A stretch of 64,000 nt of DNA from an uncultured delta proteobacterium (GTDB lineage: Bacteria > Desulfobacterota > Binatia > UBA9968): positions 32,001-96,000 of the forward strand of contig CAVXEP010000006.1 in NCBI GenBank assembly GCA_963760795.1, written 5' to 3'. Below the pieces are notes generated by a model, which did not search any database, had not been told where the DNA came from, and was given only the letters and a program-made list of their open reading frames with translations. The position numbers were made by a program, and so were the translations under genes. Positions within the stretch are counted from its first letter, which is position 1. Every line of letters begins with the position of its first letter. Below are positions 21,431-32,566 of this stretch, piece after piece.

Positions 21431-21482
21431 AAGCCCGTTGCGCGTGTCGGCTCCGATGCGCGTAACGGGCTTTTGTTTTTTC
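21431..21482 (+). terminator. Intrinsic terminator after groEL
   Basis: AAGCCCGTTGCGCGT...ATGCGCGTAACGGGCTTTTGTTTTTT. Confidence 0.85.
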
Positions 21483-21565
21483 TGCGAACTTGACTCCAGA
21501 AACGATTTTTATTACTTTGTTTTTGGTAATTCTCTTGAAAATATCGCATCTTAGCATCCCAATAC

Positions 21566-22906
21566 ATGTTCGAATCTTTAACCGATAAGCTTGAACTGAC
21601 CTTTAAGCGGCTGCGCGGTCAGGGCAAGATCACCGAAGATAATATCGATGACGCGCTGCGTGAAGTGCGTCTCGGCCTCTTGGAAGCGGACGTCCACCTC
21701 AAAGTGGTGCGCAGCTTTCTCGATGCCGTCAAAACCAAGGCGATGGGCCAGGAGGTGCTCCAGAGCCTCACGCCGGAGCAACAGTTCATCGGGGTGGTGC
21801 GCGATGAACTGGTTACGCTTCTGGGCGGCGATTACAGCGAGCTCGATCTCAAAGCGGCGCCGCCGGTGGTCATCATGTTGGTCGGTCTGCAAGGTTCCGG
21901 CAAAACTACAACGCTGGCCAAGCTGGCGCGCTATCTTAAGAACGAAAAAAAACGCACTCCCTATCTGGTGCCCGCGGATATCTACCGGCCGGCCGCCATC
22001 GAGCAATTAAAGATTCTCGGTAAAGAACTTGATTTGCCGGTGTACGATTCGAACCCCGAGACTTCGCCGGTGGCCATTTGCCGCCAAGCTCTCGATGAGG
22101 CAAAGAAAAAGTTCTGCGATGTGCTCTTGATCGACACCGCCGGCCGTTTGCATATCGACGAAGAGCTGATGCAGGAACTCAGCGCCATCAAGGACGCGGT
22201 AAAGCCGCATCAGATCCTGTTCGTCGCCGACTCCATGACCGGCCAAGACGCGGTCAATCAAGCCCTGGGTTTCGACGGCAAGCTAGGTGTAAGCGGCGTG
22301 ATTCTGACCAAGCTTGACGGCGACTCCCGCGGCGGCGCCGCGCTGTCGATCCGGCAAATGGTCGGCAAGCCGATACTGTTTTCCGGCGTCGGCGAAAAGC
22401 TCGATGCCCTTGAACCGTTCTATCCGGACCGCTTAGCCTCGCGTATTTTAGGCATGGGCGATGTGCTCTCGCTGATCGACAAGGTGCAGCAAAACGTCGA
22501 GCAGAAGGAAGCCGAAAAGCTCCAGCAAGCATTTCAGAAACAGCAGTTCACCCTCGAAGAGTTTCTCGTGCAGCTGCAGCAGATAAAAAGAATGGGCTCC
22601 ATGAACAGCCTGCTGGAAATGATTCCCGGCGGCAAAAAACTGGCATCGCAGGTAGACGGGGAGAAGGCCGAGAAAGAGCTCAAACGCGTCGAAGCGATCA
22701 TTCACTCGATGACGATTCAAGAGCGGCGCAACCCGGCGCTGCTCAACGGCAGCCGCAGGAAGCGCATCGCCAACGGCAGCGGCACCACGGTCACCGATAT
22801 CAATCGTTTGATGAAACAGTTTTTAGAGATGAAAAAAATGATGCAAAGGGTTAGCAAGCAGGGCGTCCGTTCGCTCCTGAGCCAAATGCCGAACCCTTTC
22901 CACTAA
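21566..22906 (+). CDS. ffh: Signal recognition particle protein
   Basis: [20 protein letters not shown], Met-rich M domain. Confidence 0.98.
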   Translation: MFESLTDKLELTFKRLRGQGKITEDNIDDALREVRLGLLEADVHLKVVRSFLDAVKTKAMGQEVLQSLTPEQQFIGVVRDELVTLLGGDYSELDLKAAPPVVIMLVGLQGSGKTTTLAKLARYLKNEKKRTPYLVPADIYRPAAIEQLKILGKELDLPVYDSNPETSPVAICRQALDEAKKKFCDVLLIDTAGRLHIDEELMQELSAIKDAVKPHQILFVADSMTGQDAVNQALGFDGKLGVSGVILTKLDGDSRGGAALSIRQMVGKPILFSGVGEKLDALEPFYPDRLASRILGMGDVLSLIDKVQQNVEQKEAEKLQQAFQKQQFTLEEFLVQLQQIKRMGSMNSLLEMIPGGKKLASQVDGEKAEKELKRVEAIIHSMTIQERRNPALLNGSRRKRIANGSGTTVTDINRLMKQFLEMKKMMQRVSKQGVRSLLSQMPNPFH

Positions 22907-22926
22907 CAGGAGAAGGAAGAAATCGC

Positions 22927-23172
22927 ATGAGTGTAAGCATTCGCATGAGCCGCCATGGCGCCAAGAAAAAGCCTTTTTACCGCATCGTCGTCAGCGACCA
23001 ACGTTTCGCCCGCGACGGCCGCTACATCGAGCAGGTCGGCACCTACGATCCCCGCGCCAAGACCGGCGGCGTGAAAATCGACCGCGAGAAGATCGCGGCG
23101 TGGATTAAAAAAGGCGCCAAGCCGAGCCAAACGGTTTCCGAACTGATCAAGAAAGAGCGCAAAGCGAGTTAA
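22927..23172 (+). CDS. rpsP: 30S ribosomal protein S16
   Basis: KKPFYRIVV...[14 protein letters not shown]. Confidence 0.97.
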   Translation: MSVSIRMSRHGAKKKPFYRIVVSDQRFARDGRYIEQVGTYDPRAKTGGVKIDREKIAAWIKKGAKPSQTVSELIKKERKAS

Positions 23173-23198
23173 GCTTTGCCGCGGAAAGAACCGCCTGC

Positions 23199-23435
23199 AT
23201 GAAGGAATTGGTTGAATACCTGGCGAAGTCATTGGTCAACGATCCCGCCGCCGTCGACGTCAAGGAGAGCGAGCGCGAGGACACCGCCGTCTTCGAGCTT
23301 AAAGTCGCCAAGGAAGACCTCGGCCGCGTGATCGGCCGGCAAGGGCGCACGGCCAAATCGATCCGCACCCTGCTCAACGCGGCCGCGTCTAAAACCAACC
23401 GCAAAGTCATTCTCGAAATCGTCGAAGAGAGTTAA
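23199..23435 (+). CDS. khpA: KH domain RNA-binding protein
   Basis: DLGRVIGRQGRTAKSIRTLL; canonical position after rpsP. Confidence 0.92.
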   Translation: MKELVEYLAKSLVNDPAAVDVKESEREDTAVFELKVAKEDLGRVIGRQGRTAKSIRTLLNAAASKTNRKVILEIVEES

Positions 23436-23455
23436 TCCGCTCCCAGGCCGCGCCG

Positions 23456-23971
23456 ATGGCAGAACAACGAGTTCCCCTCGGTGACATCGCTACTACCCAT
23501 GGCCTCGACGGCTGGTTGAAGCTGAACGCCTTCAACACCGACACCGCCATCTTGGTTGCCGGACGCTCGGTCTATCTCGATCTCGGCGATAGCCAAGTAA
23601 ATTTAGAGTTAGCGGCGGATGCCAAACCGTTCAAGAAACAGTTCTTGATCAAGTTACGCGGCGTCGATGGCATCGACGCGGCACAGCGCTGGGTTGGCGC
23701 GACCCTGTCGGTGGCTGAGAATGCACTTGAACCACTCGAACCGGGACAATACTATCACTACCAAGTGATCGGCTTCGAAGTGTTTCACAAAGACGGCACG
23801 CGCATCGGTACCATCGCTTCACTGCTGTCGACCGCCGGGGGCGACATCCTGGTCGTCAAGGAAGCCGAAAAAGAATATTTAATTCCAGCGGTGAAAGAAA
23901 TTGTCGACAAGGTCGACTTCGACAGCCGCACAGTGATCGTCGATCCGCCGGAAGGCCTGCTCGATTTGTAG
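23456..23971 (+). CDS. rimM: 16S rRNA processing protein
   Basis: HGLDGWLK, YYHYQVIG, LIPAV, DPPEGLL. Confidence 0.93.
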   Translation: MAEQRVPLGDIATTHGLDGWLKLNAFNTDTAILVAGRSVYLDLGDSQVNLELAADAKPFKKQFLIKLRGVDGIDAAQRWVGATLSVAENALEPLEPGQYYHYQVIGFEVFHKDGTRIGTIASLLSTAGGDILVVKEAEKEYLIPAVKEIVDKVDFDSRTVIVDPPEGLLDL

Positions 23972-24003
23972 AGCCGAACTCGCCGCTTAAGTCTTGCAAG
24001 CCA

Positions 24004-25282
24004 ATGCTGACCTTTACCGTCATTACGATTTTCCCGCAGATGTTCGCTTCGACCCTGGGCCATAGCATCTTGAAGCGAGCCCAGGAAAAAAACCTGCTCA
24101 AGATCAATCTGGTCGACCTGCGCGATTACACTACCGACAAGCACAAAACCACCGACGACTCGCCCTACGGCGGCGGCCAAGGGATGGTGATGAAGCCCGA
24201 ACCGCTGGTGGCCGCCATTGAGGATGCGCGAGCGCGCAATCCCAAGGCCCGCGTCATTCTGCTGGCGCCCCAGGGGCGCGTCTTCAAACAGAGCGTAGCC
24301 CAGCGCATGGCCAGTGAAGATGAAATTGTCTTACTGTGCGGCCGCTACGAAGGCATCGACGAGCGGGTCAAGGCGTTTATCGACGAAGAGATTTCCGTCG
24401 GCGACTACACGCTCAGCGGCGGCGAACCGGCGGCCAACATCGTCATCGACGCCGTCGCGCGCCTGATACCGGGCGTCCTCGGCAACGAAAACTCGGCGGC
24501 AGATGAATCTTTCAGCGACGGCCTGCTCGAATACCCGCAATACACCCGTCCCGAAGAGTTTCGCGGCATGAAAGTCCCTGAGGTGCTGTTGTCGGGAGAC
24601 CATCAACGGGTCAAACAGTGGCGCCAGGAAAAAAGCCTTGAGATCACCCGGCAGCGGCGGCCCGACATGATGGCCGGGGCTGAACTAGCTCGCCCGGCAA
24701 GGACCGCCAAAGGGCACCGCCAAGCATCGATCTATCTCGCCCTGCTGCACTATCCGGTCTACGATAAGAACCACCAGGTCGTCACCACGGCGGTGACCAA
24801 CATGGATATCCACGATATCTGCCGCGCTGGAAAAACCTATGGCGTCCAAGCGTTTTATCTCGTCACGCCGGTCAAGCCGCTGCAAAAACTGGCGCTCAAA
24901 ATCATCGATCACTGGGAGCTAGGCTATGGCAGCCAGTACAACGTCACACGCAAGGATGCCCTGGCGCTGGCGCGGATAAGCGACAATCTTGACGATACGA
25001 TTATCGACATCGACAAAGAGACCGGTCAAAAGCCCTTGATTGTCGTAACTTCCGCTCGCGACACGAGGAACGCTGCGGACCTCTTTCGTCGCGCTGCAAG
25101 AAATGTTACAAACTAGGCCTCAGCCCTTTCTGGTCATTTTCGGCACAGGATGGGGCCTTACAGAGACAATAATCTCACAAGCGGATTACGTTTTAGAGGC
25201 GGTCGAGGGCGGCACCGACTACAACCACCTGTCGGTGCGTTCCGCCGCGGCGGTCATTTTGGACCGCCTTCTAGGTGAATAA
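24004..25282 (+). CDS. trmD: tRNA (guanine-37-N1) methyltransferase fused to a second SPOUT methyltransferase (DUF2168-like); frameshift near 25065
   Basis: DDSPYGGG, CGRYEGIDER, SGGE, LEYPQYTRP, then YLALLHYPVY..TTAVTNMDIHDI; continues in another frame FGTGWGL...YNHLSVRSAAAVILDRLLGE*. Confidence 0.9.
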
Positions 25283-25300
25283 TCTCGGATAGGAGCAGTC

Positions 25301-25645
25301 ATGAATATTATTGCGCAATTGGAAGCCCAACAGCTAAAAGCCGACGCCCCGGTCTTACGTCCCGGCGAAACCGTGCGTGTGCATGTCAAAGTCGTCGAAG
25401 GCGAAAAAGAGCGAACTCAGGTATTTGAAGGCGTCGTCATCGGCATGGCCGGCACCGGCAGCCGGGCCAACTTCACCGTACGAAAAATCTCCTACGGCGT
25501 CGGCGTCGAGCGTATTTTCCCGATCCATTCTCCGCGCATCGAAAAAGTCGAAGTGATGTCCCACGGCAAAGTCCGCCGCGCCAAACTTTATTATTTGCGG
25601 GAACTGTCCGGTAAGGCCGCTCGCCTCACCGAGCAAGATCGCTAA
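25301..25645 (+). CDS. rplS: 50S ribosomal protein L19
   Basis: [35 protein letters not shown]. Confidence 0.98.
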   Translation: MNIIAQLEAQQLKADAPVLRPGETVRVHVKVVEGEKERTQVFEGVVIGMAGTGSRANFTVRKISYGVGVERIFPIHSPRIEKVEVMSHGKVRRAKLYYLRELSGKAARLTEQDR

Positions 25646-25662
25646 CACCGACGGTAGCCCAA

Positions 25663-26031
25663 CTAGCTGCTGCCGAGAATATTTCCCGTCCCTTCGAACA
25701 CCGCATCGGGGTGAACCTTGAGTTCAGCGACCCGAGCTTCACCCTTGAAGTAACCGCCCTTTAAGATTTCGAAACAGCCCATCGCCTGCACCGAGCCGAT
25801 CAGTTTGCCCTCGAGGTGCACCTGGCGCGCCGACACATGGGCCTCGACCAGTGCGTTGGGGCCGATCACCAAAAGTTCCGAGGATTTTATTTCGCCGGTG
25901 AAGTGACCGTCGATCTTGACCGGCAGATTGTAACTCAGTTTCCCCGAGATCGACGAGTTGGCGAACAGCACCGTGCGCGGCGCCGTGCCTTGAATGAACG
26001 ATGGATTATCCTTGTTCGAAGCTTCCGCCAT
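25663..26031 (-). CDS. Bactofilin (polymer-forming cytoskeletal protein)
   Basis: Beta-helix pattern ISGKL..VKIDGHFTGEI..LVIG..LEGKLIG..AVFEG. Confidence 0.78.
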   Translation of the reverse strand: MAEASNKDNPSFIQGTAPRTVLFANSSISGKLSYNLPVKIDGHFTGEIKSSELLVIGPNALVEAHVSARQVHLEGKLIGSVQAMGCFEILKGGYFKGEARVAELKVHPDAVFEGTGNILGSS

Positions 26032-26141
26032 GGCTGTTTTTCCCCGCTGTAGCGTGCAACATAGCACCGACTGACAGCGAGCGAAAGTCAATTCTCGGCA
26101 ACTACAATCCAACCGCGCAATTGTGCTAGCATGAACTGGCC

Positions 26142-27470
26142 ATGGACCTTTTTGACACGGTGCCAGCCAAAGGAAATCTCGCTTCACAACCGCTCGCCGA
26201 AGCGATGCGGCCGAACTCAATTGGCGAATTTGTCGGCCAGGAACATTTACTCGGTGCCGGCAAATTGTTACGCGGCTTGAGCGGCGCCGGCAGATTGCGT
26301 TCGTTGATCCTATGGGGTCCGCCGGGCAGCGGCAAAACCACCTTGGCGCAAATTCTCGCCAGCTCCGCCGGCGCCCACTGCGTGCATTTCTCCGCCGTGA
26401 CTTCGGGCGTCAAAGAGTTAAAAAAAATCATTCAGGATGCCGAACAGCTCCAGCGCCTGGGCAAACCGACGGTCTTGTTCGTCGACGAGATCCATCACTT
26501 CAACAAGTCGCAGCAGGATAATTTTCTCCCCCATGTCGAACGGGGCACGCTGATCCTGATCGGCGCGACGACAGAGAACCCATCCTTCGAAGTCATCGCT
26601 CCCCTGCTCTCGCGCTGCCAGGTGCTGGTGCTCAAAACTCTATCGCCGGAAAACATGGCGACGATCGTCGACCGCGCGCTCAGCGATAGCCAGCGCGGTC
26701 TCGGCAAAATGAAACTGACGCTCTCCGCCGAAGGACGCGATTTTATCATTCAGCAATCCCAGGGCGACTGCCGGGTGGCGCTCAACGGCTTGGAAAGCGC
26801 CGCGGCGTTGGCCCAAGCCAGCCGGCAAAGTGAAATCAGCCTGGTCCATCTTGCAAGAAGCGTTGCAAAAAAAACCGTTGCATTACGACAAAGCCGGCGA
26901 CGAGCACTACAATGTCATCTCGGCGTTTATCAAAAGCATGCGCGGCAGCGACCCCGACGCGGCGCTCTATTGGATGATGCGCATGTTGGAGGCCGGCGAA
27001 GAGCCGCTGTTCATCGCCCGGCGCATGGTGATCTTCGCCTCCGAAGACATCGGCAACGCCGATCCCCACGCCTTGCAAGTCGCCATCGCCGCCAAGGACG
27101 CCGTCCACTTCGTCGGTCTGCCGGAAGGCAAGATCCCCTTGGCTCAAGCGGTGACCTACCTCGCCAGCGCGCCCAAATCCAACGCGTCCTACAAAGCGAT
27201 GCTGGCGGCGGCCAAAGACGTCGAGACCCATGGCGCGTTGGCGGTACCCCTGCACCTGCGCAACGCCCCCACCGGTCTCATGAAAAACTTAGGTTACGGC
27301 AAAGACTATCAATACGCCCACAACTACCAGGAGCAGATCGTCGACCAGCAGCATCTGCCCGACGAGCTCGCCGGCAAGAGCTATTACACTCCCGGCGAAT
27401 CCGGCTACGAGAAACAAATCAAAGAAAGACTGAAATACTGGGCACGAGAAAAAAAGCGCAGAAGCGCTGA
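26142..27470 (+). CDS. rarA: Replication-associated recombination protein A (MgsA); frameshift near 26850
   Basis: PLAEAMRP, WGPPGSGKTT, FVDEIH, GATTENPSF; second frame YDKAGDEHYNVISAFIKSMRGSDPDAA, VPLHLRNAPT. The 3' end is uncertain because of a probable further indel. Confidence 0.92.
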   Translation: MDLFDTVPAKGNLASQPLAEAMRPNSIGEFVGQEHLLGAGKLLRGLSGAGRLRSLILWGPPGSGKTTLAQILASSAGAHCVHFSAVTSGVKELKKIIQDAEQLQRLGKPTVLFVDEIHHFNKSQQDNFLPHVERGTLILIGATTENPSFEVIAPLLSRCQVLVLKTLSPENMATIVDRALSDSQRGLGKMKLTLSAEGRDFIIQQSQGDCRVALNGLESAAALAQASRQSEISLVHLARSVAKKTVALRQSRRRALQCHLGVYQKHARQRPRRGALLDDAHVGGRRRAAVHRPAHGDLRLRRHRQRRSPRLASRHRRQGRRPLRRSAGRQDPLGSSGDLPRQRAQIQRVLQSDAGGGQRRRDPWRVGGTPAPAQRPHRSHEKLRLRQRLSIRPQLPGADRRPAASARRARRQELLHSRRIRLRETNQRKTEILGTRKKAQKR

Positions 27471-27482
27471 ACCGCGCTGCAA

Positions 27483-27594
27483 CCTAGCGTGGCAAAACCG
27501 CAACCGTAGTGAAAAATGTTTTCACACGAAGCACACGAAGGTCCGATATTTAGTTTGCCGAAAACTTCGTGACCTTCGTGTCCTTCGTGGTGAG
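27483..27594. repeat. CCTAGCG module + CACGAAG/CTTCGTG palindrome between convergent genes
   Basis: cctagcgtggcaaaaccgcaacc...cacacgaagcacacgaag / cttcgtgaccttcgtgtccttcgtggtgag. Confidence 0.8.
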
Positions 27595-27643
27595 AATGAA
27601 CTTTCCGCTCAAGCTGGCAATTCGCAAATAACTCCAGAACACC

Positions 27644-28483
27644 TCACAGCGCGATCGTTTCGATGCGTTGAACTTCGTCGGCGGAAAGCGTGATCCGTGC
27701 CGCGGCGAGGTCCTCTGACATATGTTGCGGGTTGGTCGTGCCGGTCAGTGGCAACATGCCGACCTCCAGCGCGAAGCGAAAAATCACCTGCGCCGGCCCG
27801 ACGCCCTCGCGCGCGGCAATGGCGTGTATTTCCGGTTCAGCGAGCACGTCGCGATTGGCGGTGAGCAACGAAAATCCTTGGTAAATTATTCCATGCTGCC
27901 GACAGATATCGCGAACCTCTTGGTCCCAGGCCGTCACCGCGAAGCAGCGATTTTGCACCATCATCGGTTTCACCTGAGCTTGCTGGCAGAGCAGGGTCAA
28001 TTGCGCCGCGGTGATGTTGCTGACACCGATGGTTTTGGTTTTGCCAGCTTCATAAAACGCTTCCATCGCCGCCCACACTTGCCAATCCGCCGCACCCAAC
28101 CCCCGGCGCGAAAACGGCGCGTGGAGCACGTAGGAATCCAGATAGTCGGTGTGCAAATGTTGCAGCGAGCTAGCGAATGACTGCTGCACCTGAGTGGTGA
28201 GATCGGCCGAGGCATCGTAAGGGGTTCGATGGTCTTGGCCGTCGACTGAAGTAAATTTGGTTTGCAAAAATAGCGCTTCACGCTTGACGCCTTTCGCCGC
28301 CAACGACTGCAACGCCTCCCCGACCAGCGCTTCCTGATAATGAATCAATTGATTCGCCGTATCGATCGCCGTGAATCCTGACTCCACCGCCAGTTGGACC
28401 AGTCGCGCCGTGGCCTCTTTCTTCCAAGCCGTGCCATACATGAACGACGGCACCGAAACCTGATTGTAAGTTGTCATCGTCAT
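27644..28483 (-). CDS. Aldo/keto reductase
   Basis: YGTAWKK, IDTAN, FLQTKF, DYLDSYVLH, IGVSN. Confidence 0.9.
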   Translation of the reverse strand: MTMTTYNQVSVPSFMYGTAWKKEATARLVQLAVESGFTAIDTANQLIHYQEALVGEALQSLAAKGVKREALFLQTKFTSVDGQDHRTPYDASADLTTQVQQSFASSLQHLHTDYLDSYVLHAPFSRRGLGAADWQVWAAMEAFYEAGKTKTIGVSNITAAQLTLLCQQAQVKPMMVQNRCFAVTAWDQEVRDICRQHGIIYQGFSLLTANRDVLAEPEIHAIAAREGVGPAQVIFRFALEVGMLPLTGTTNPQHMSEDLAAARITLSADEVQRIETIAL

Positions 28484-28624
28484 TACTCATTCTCCTCGCC
28501 AGACCTTGGCAATTTCACTGTGACATCGCAAGGGCGCAGACCACCGCGGATGCGGTAAACCCGACCAATGTCTTTCGTTTTGCGTTCTTTGCGGCCAAAC
28601 TTCCGATTCCTACAGAAGCGCCAC

Positions 28625-31162
28625 TCAGCGCCATTCATGCTTTGGATACCGGCGCTGCAGTTGCTGTTTGAGTTTCGGATAAGTCTCGCGCCAGAAGACC
28701 GTCAGATTTTCGGTCACCTGCACCGGCCGGTTACTCGGCGCCAGCACTTGAATGCGCACCGGGACGCGCCGGTTGGCGATCCAAATGCCATCTTTGATGT
28801 CGTACAGATCCTGAATGCGCGCCGACAGCGTCGGCGGCGCCATCGGCTGAATACACCACCTTGGCATGGCGGCCGCGCGGCAGCGGGATGCGCTCCGGCG
28901 CGTACTCGTCGATCCATCTTTGTTGCTGCTGCGACAGCCATGATTTTACCACTGGCAACACGGCGCGATCCTTGATCTGCGCATAGCTGAATGCCCCATG
29001 GCAAATATGCTCGACGATGGCGCCGCGATCCTCGGCACCGATTGCCGGCAATGCCAATTCCGCCATCCATTCACGCAGGCGGTTAACCCGCAAAATCCAC
29101 TGCTCGACCGCATCGTTCCAGTTCTCCAGCACGCATCGACCCGGCGGCGACTTCGCGCGCCAGGATCGATGCCGCTTCATCCAAAGGCGGATTGTCGGTG
29201 AGACTCTCTTCGAGAATCAGATCGCGAAAGCGTCGCTCGACCCGAGCGACCACGCGGCGCAATGCCGGATCGTAGGTAACCGTCCGTTCTTCTTGGAAGT
29301 CCCGCGGAAACAGCTCGCGCAACCACTCCTCTTTCACTGCCGTGGCGAGATTGAGCATGACGTTTAAGTTACGATCGCGGCCGCCGCTGCTCTCCACCTC
29401 GCGCACTTCGGACACGACAAACAACGACGCATCGCGCACCACGCTTTCACGCGCCAACAGGCCGCGCCGGCCATGGACCAAATCGCAGCGCAGCGATTTG
29501 TCATCTAGGCGTCGCGCCAGCTGATCGGAAAAACCCAAGAGAATGCAGCGCTGCACCGCCGCGTTGTCGACGGGTTTTTCACCAATATCCAACCCTTCAT
29601 CGCCGGCGATGCGCAGGAACTGTTCGAACAACGGCCCGACCTGGCGCGCCGCCTGCGCGTGAATGCCCATGCGCCGGCAGCGCTCGGTGTTGATAGCCGT
29701 TGCCCTCGGCGTAGCGCCAGGCGCGCAGCAGAACGAAAAAATCCGACCCTTTCTCATCGTCGAATAGCTCGCCGCGCCCGTCATCGTTTGACTTGCCGGG
29801 TTGCCGTATCAGCAAGTCGCGTCCCTGGGTCAGCGCCGCGATCGCCGCCACCGGCCGCACGCAGCCATATTGCTGTGCCGCCAAGAGCATGCGCGCGTAA
29901 CGTGGATGGGCCGGGAATGCCAGCATGCGCTGGCCAAGCTCGGTGATCGCGCCGGCGCTATTATCGATTGCTCCCAGATCCGCCAATAAAGACTCGGCTC
30001 GCGCCAAGGCGCGCGCTTCAGGCGCTTCCAACCAGCGAAAGTTTTTCACGTCGACAACGCCGCTCGCCTTGAGCGTGAGAATGACCTCCGAGAGATCCAA
30101 ACGTTTGACCTCGGCGAGTTCCTGGAACGGTCGCGCCTCTTGCTCATGGGACGTCCACAAGCGCAGACAATGACCGGGCGCGGTACGACCGGCACGACCG
30201 GTTCTTTGATCGGCCGCGGCACGGCTAATTTTGTCGATGAGCAAAGTATTGATACCGCGATAGGGATCGAAGCGCGGAATCCGTGCCAAGCCGCTGTCGA
30301 CCACCAGACGCACACCGTCGATGGTGAGAGAAGTTTCAGCGACGTTGGTGGCGACGACGATCTTGCGCCGCTCATAACGCGCCACCGCCGCATCCTGATC
30401 GTTAGGCGCCAGCTCGCCATGCAGCGGAAAGACGACAAACTGTTCGCCGAGCTTGTCGCGCGCCGCTTGTACCGTGCGGGCAATTTCGTAACCTCCTGGC
30501 ATAAATATCAACATGTCGCCTTCGGCATGCTCGCGCACCAACCGTTGCGCCTCGCGGATCGCGATGTCCCACACCGGCCCGTCGCCGAACGGCTGTTTCA
30601 GATATTCGATAGCCACCGGAAAGGTCCGCCCTTCGGAGGCTAGAATCGTGCAGGGTTGCAGGTACTTTTCCACCACGCCGACATCCAAGGTCGCCGACAT
30701 GACGATGATCATTAGATCGGGCCGCGCGGTTTCCTGGATTTGCAGCGCCCGCGCCAGGGAAATGTCACCATAGAGATGGCGCTCGTGGAATTCGTCGAAG
30801 ATCAGCGCACTGACGCCTTTCAGTTGGGGATCGGCCAGCATCTGGCGCAAGAGAATCCCCTCAGTAACGTAGCAGATCCGCGTGGCCACCGAGGCGACAT
30901 TGTCCAGGCGCATTCGATAACCCACTTCACCGCCGAGCTTAACGCCGCGCGCCTGCGCCACCCAGGAGGCCAACAGGCGGGTCGCCAAGCGGCGCGGCTG
31001 CAACACCGTCACCTGGCCGGCGCCGAGCAAACCGCCGTCGAGGAGCATCTGCGGCACCTGCGTCGACTTGCCCGAACCGGTGGGCGCGGTCAGCACCAGC
31101 CGTTTCTGCGTCGCCAGAGTATCGCGCAGCCGTTGTTCGATCTCGAAGATCGGTAAATCCAC
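28625..31162 (-). CDS. hrpB: ATP-dependent DEAH helicase HrpB (frameshifts near 29690, 29140, 28845)
   Basis: APTGSGKST, DEFHER, MSAT, ATNVAETSLTI, QRTGRAGR; C-terminus LAPSNRPVQVT..FW..YP..RRYPKHEW. Confidence 0.9.
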
Positions 31163-31369
31163 ACTTGCGCATAAATCAGCAAAACTTTAACATAATTGAA
31201 GAACGATTGCGGTCCAAGCCACCCACCAGAAGCGAATTTCTCTGGCGCCGTTTGTATAAGACGGAATATTACGGCAAGGAATAGTGTCGAGTGCGTAAAA
31301 GCTGGCGTAACGTCATATCGCGGCCAATGCCCGCGAGCCAAACCTATGAAGAGAATCTCATCCTAACCC

Positions 31370-32242
31370 ATGCGTAAACGAATCATCGCCGGCCTTCTAG
31401 TTTCAACCGGCCTAGATCATACTCGCCGCCTTGAATGTCAACTTTCTCGTCGAGCGCAACCGAGATTATTTGCTCGGCCGGCTGGCCCAAACTCTCGGCC
31501 ATACTGTTAAAGCCGACAAGATCGAGATCAGTTACCTACCCTTCGCCGTCCACTGGTGAACTTGGCCATCGCCGGTGATCCCGACGATGTCGCGACCCCG
31601 CTCGTCCTCGCTAAAAATAGCCATATAGAGCTGCGCGTTCTGCCCCTGCTCCTGGGTCAGTTGCAGCCCGGTCAAATCAGCCTCGACTCACCCGTCGTCA
31701 CGATTGTTCGCGACGCTGACGGCCGCTACAACTATGAGCCTCAAGGAAGAAATCCGCAGCGCGCCCAGGACGGTACGAGCCGAGGCAAAAAAGTAGCCAA
31801 CGTGCAGCCGTTGTTCGCCATCCCAGCCCTGCAAGTTACCAATGGCACGCTGCGCTACCGCGATCTGAAGAACGACGGCGAACTCACCGTGGCGCAAATC
31901 GAATTGACAGTGAGCGACGTCGCCACGGACGAAGCCATTGAAATCGACCTCGCCGCCGCCGTCATAGCCGCCAAACCTAATTTGAAGTTTACCAGCCGCA
32001 TCGGCCCCATCGCGGGAATTCGTGACTACCAAGATTATCCGATCGATGGCGCTCTCGACGCCCAACAGCTCGACCTAGGCAAAGTGAACCGCGCCCTGCC
32101 GCAGTTTAGGAGAGCGCTACCCAAACATCTACGCTTCGACGGCATCTACGACATCAAGGATCTCAAGTTCAAAGGGACATTGAACAAGCCGTCGCTCAAG
32201 GGCGCGGTGAGCGGCACGGATGCCTCGTTTCGGTTCGAGTAG
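31370..32242 (+). CDS. AsmA family protein (frameshift near 31415)
   Basis: MRKRII N-terminal anchor; LRVLPLLLG, DSPVVTIVRDADGRYNY, LQVTNGTLRYRD. Confidence 0.7.
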
Positions 32243-32566
32243 CAAAGGACCGCCGCGCGTCCCTAGCCCAGAGACAGCAAGCCCCACAGGCAACATAATA
32301 GGAGTCCGATGGTGAACGCAGCAAGCTGGAGGAAATTCGACCGCTCAAGCTTCTTGACATACCCGACCGCAGGGTCTGGAAGCAATCTTGTATTCGAGTC
32401 CCGTAGATCGGGTTTGCAGAGTGTAATCCGACGCCCGCCTACTCATACTGACATCGTTGAAGGCCAACCACACCCCGGTTACCCCGACAAATTCTAACTT
32501 TTTTGCGTTCCTTGCGGCTAAACTTCCGAATCCTGGTCTTACCTTAAGGAGACTGCACCAGGCGCG

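Noticed and set aside
26830-26880. Programmed frameshift in rarA or other split genes
   Set aside because: The frame change lies just before the A-run, no stimulatory structure is visible, and indels are widespread in the window
32250-32500. Small gene or ncRNA between AsmA and metB
   Set aside because: Only a 62 aa motif-free ORF and a short hydrophobic minus-strand fragment; no recognisable RNA structure
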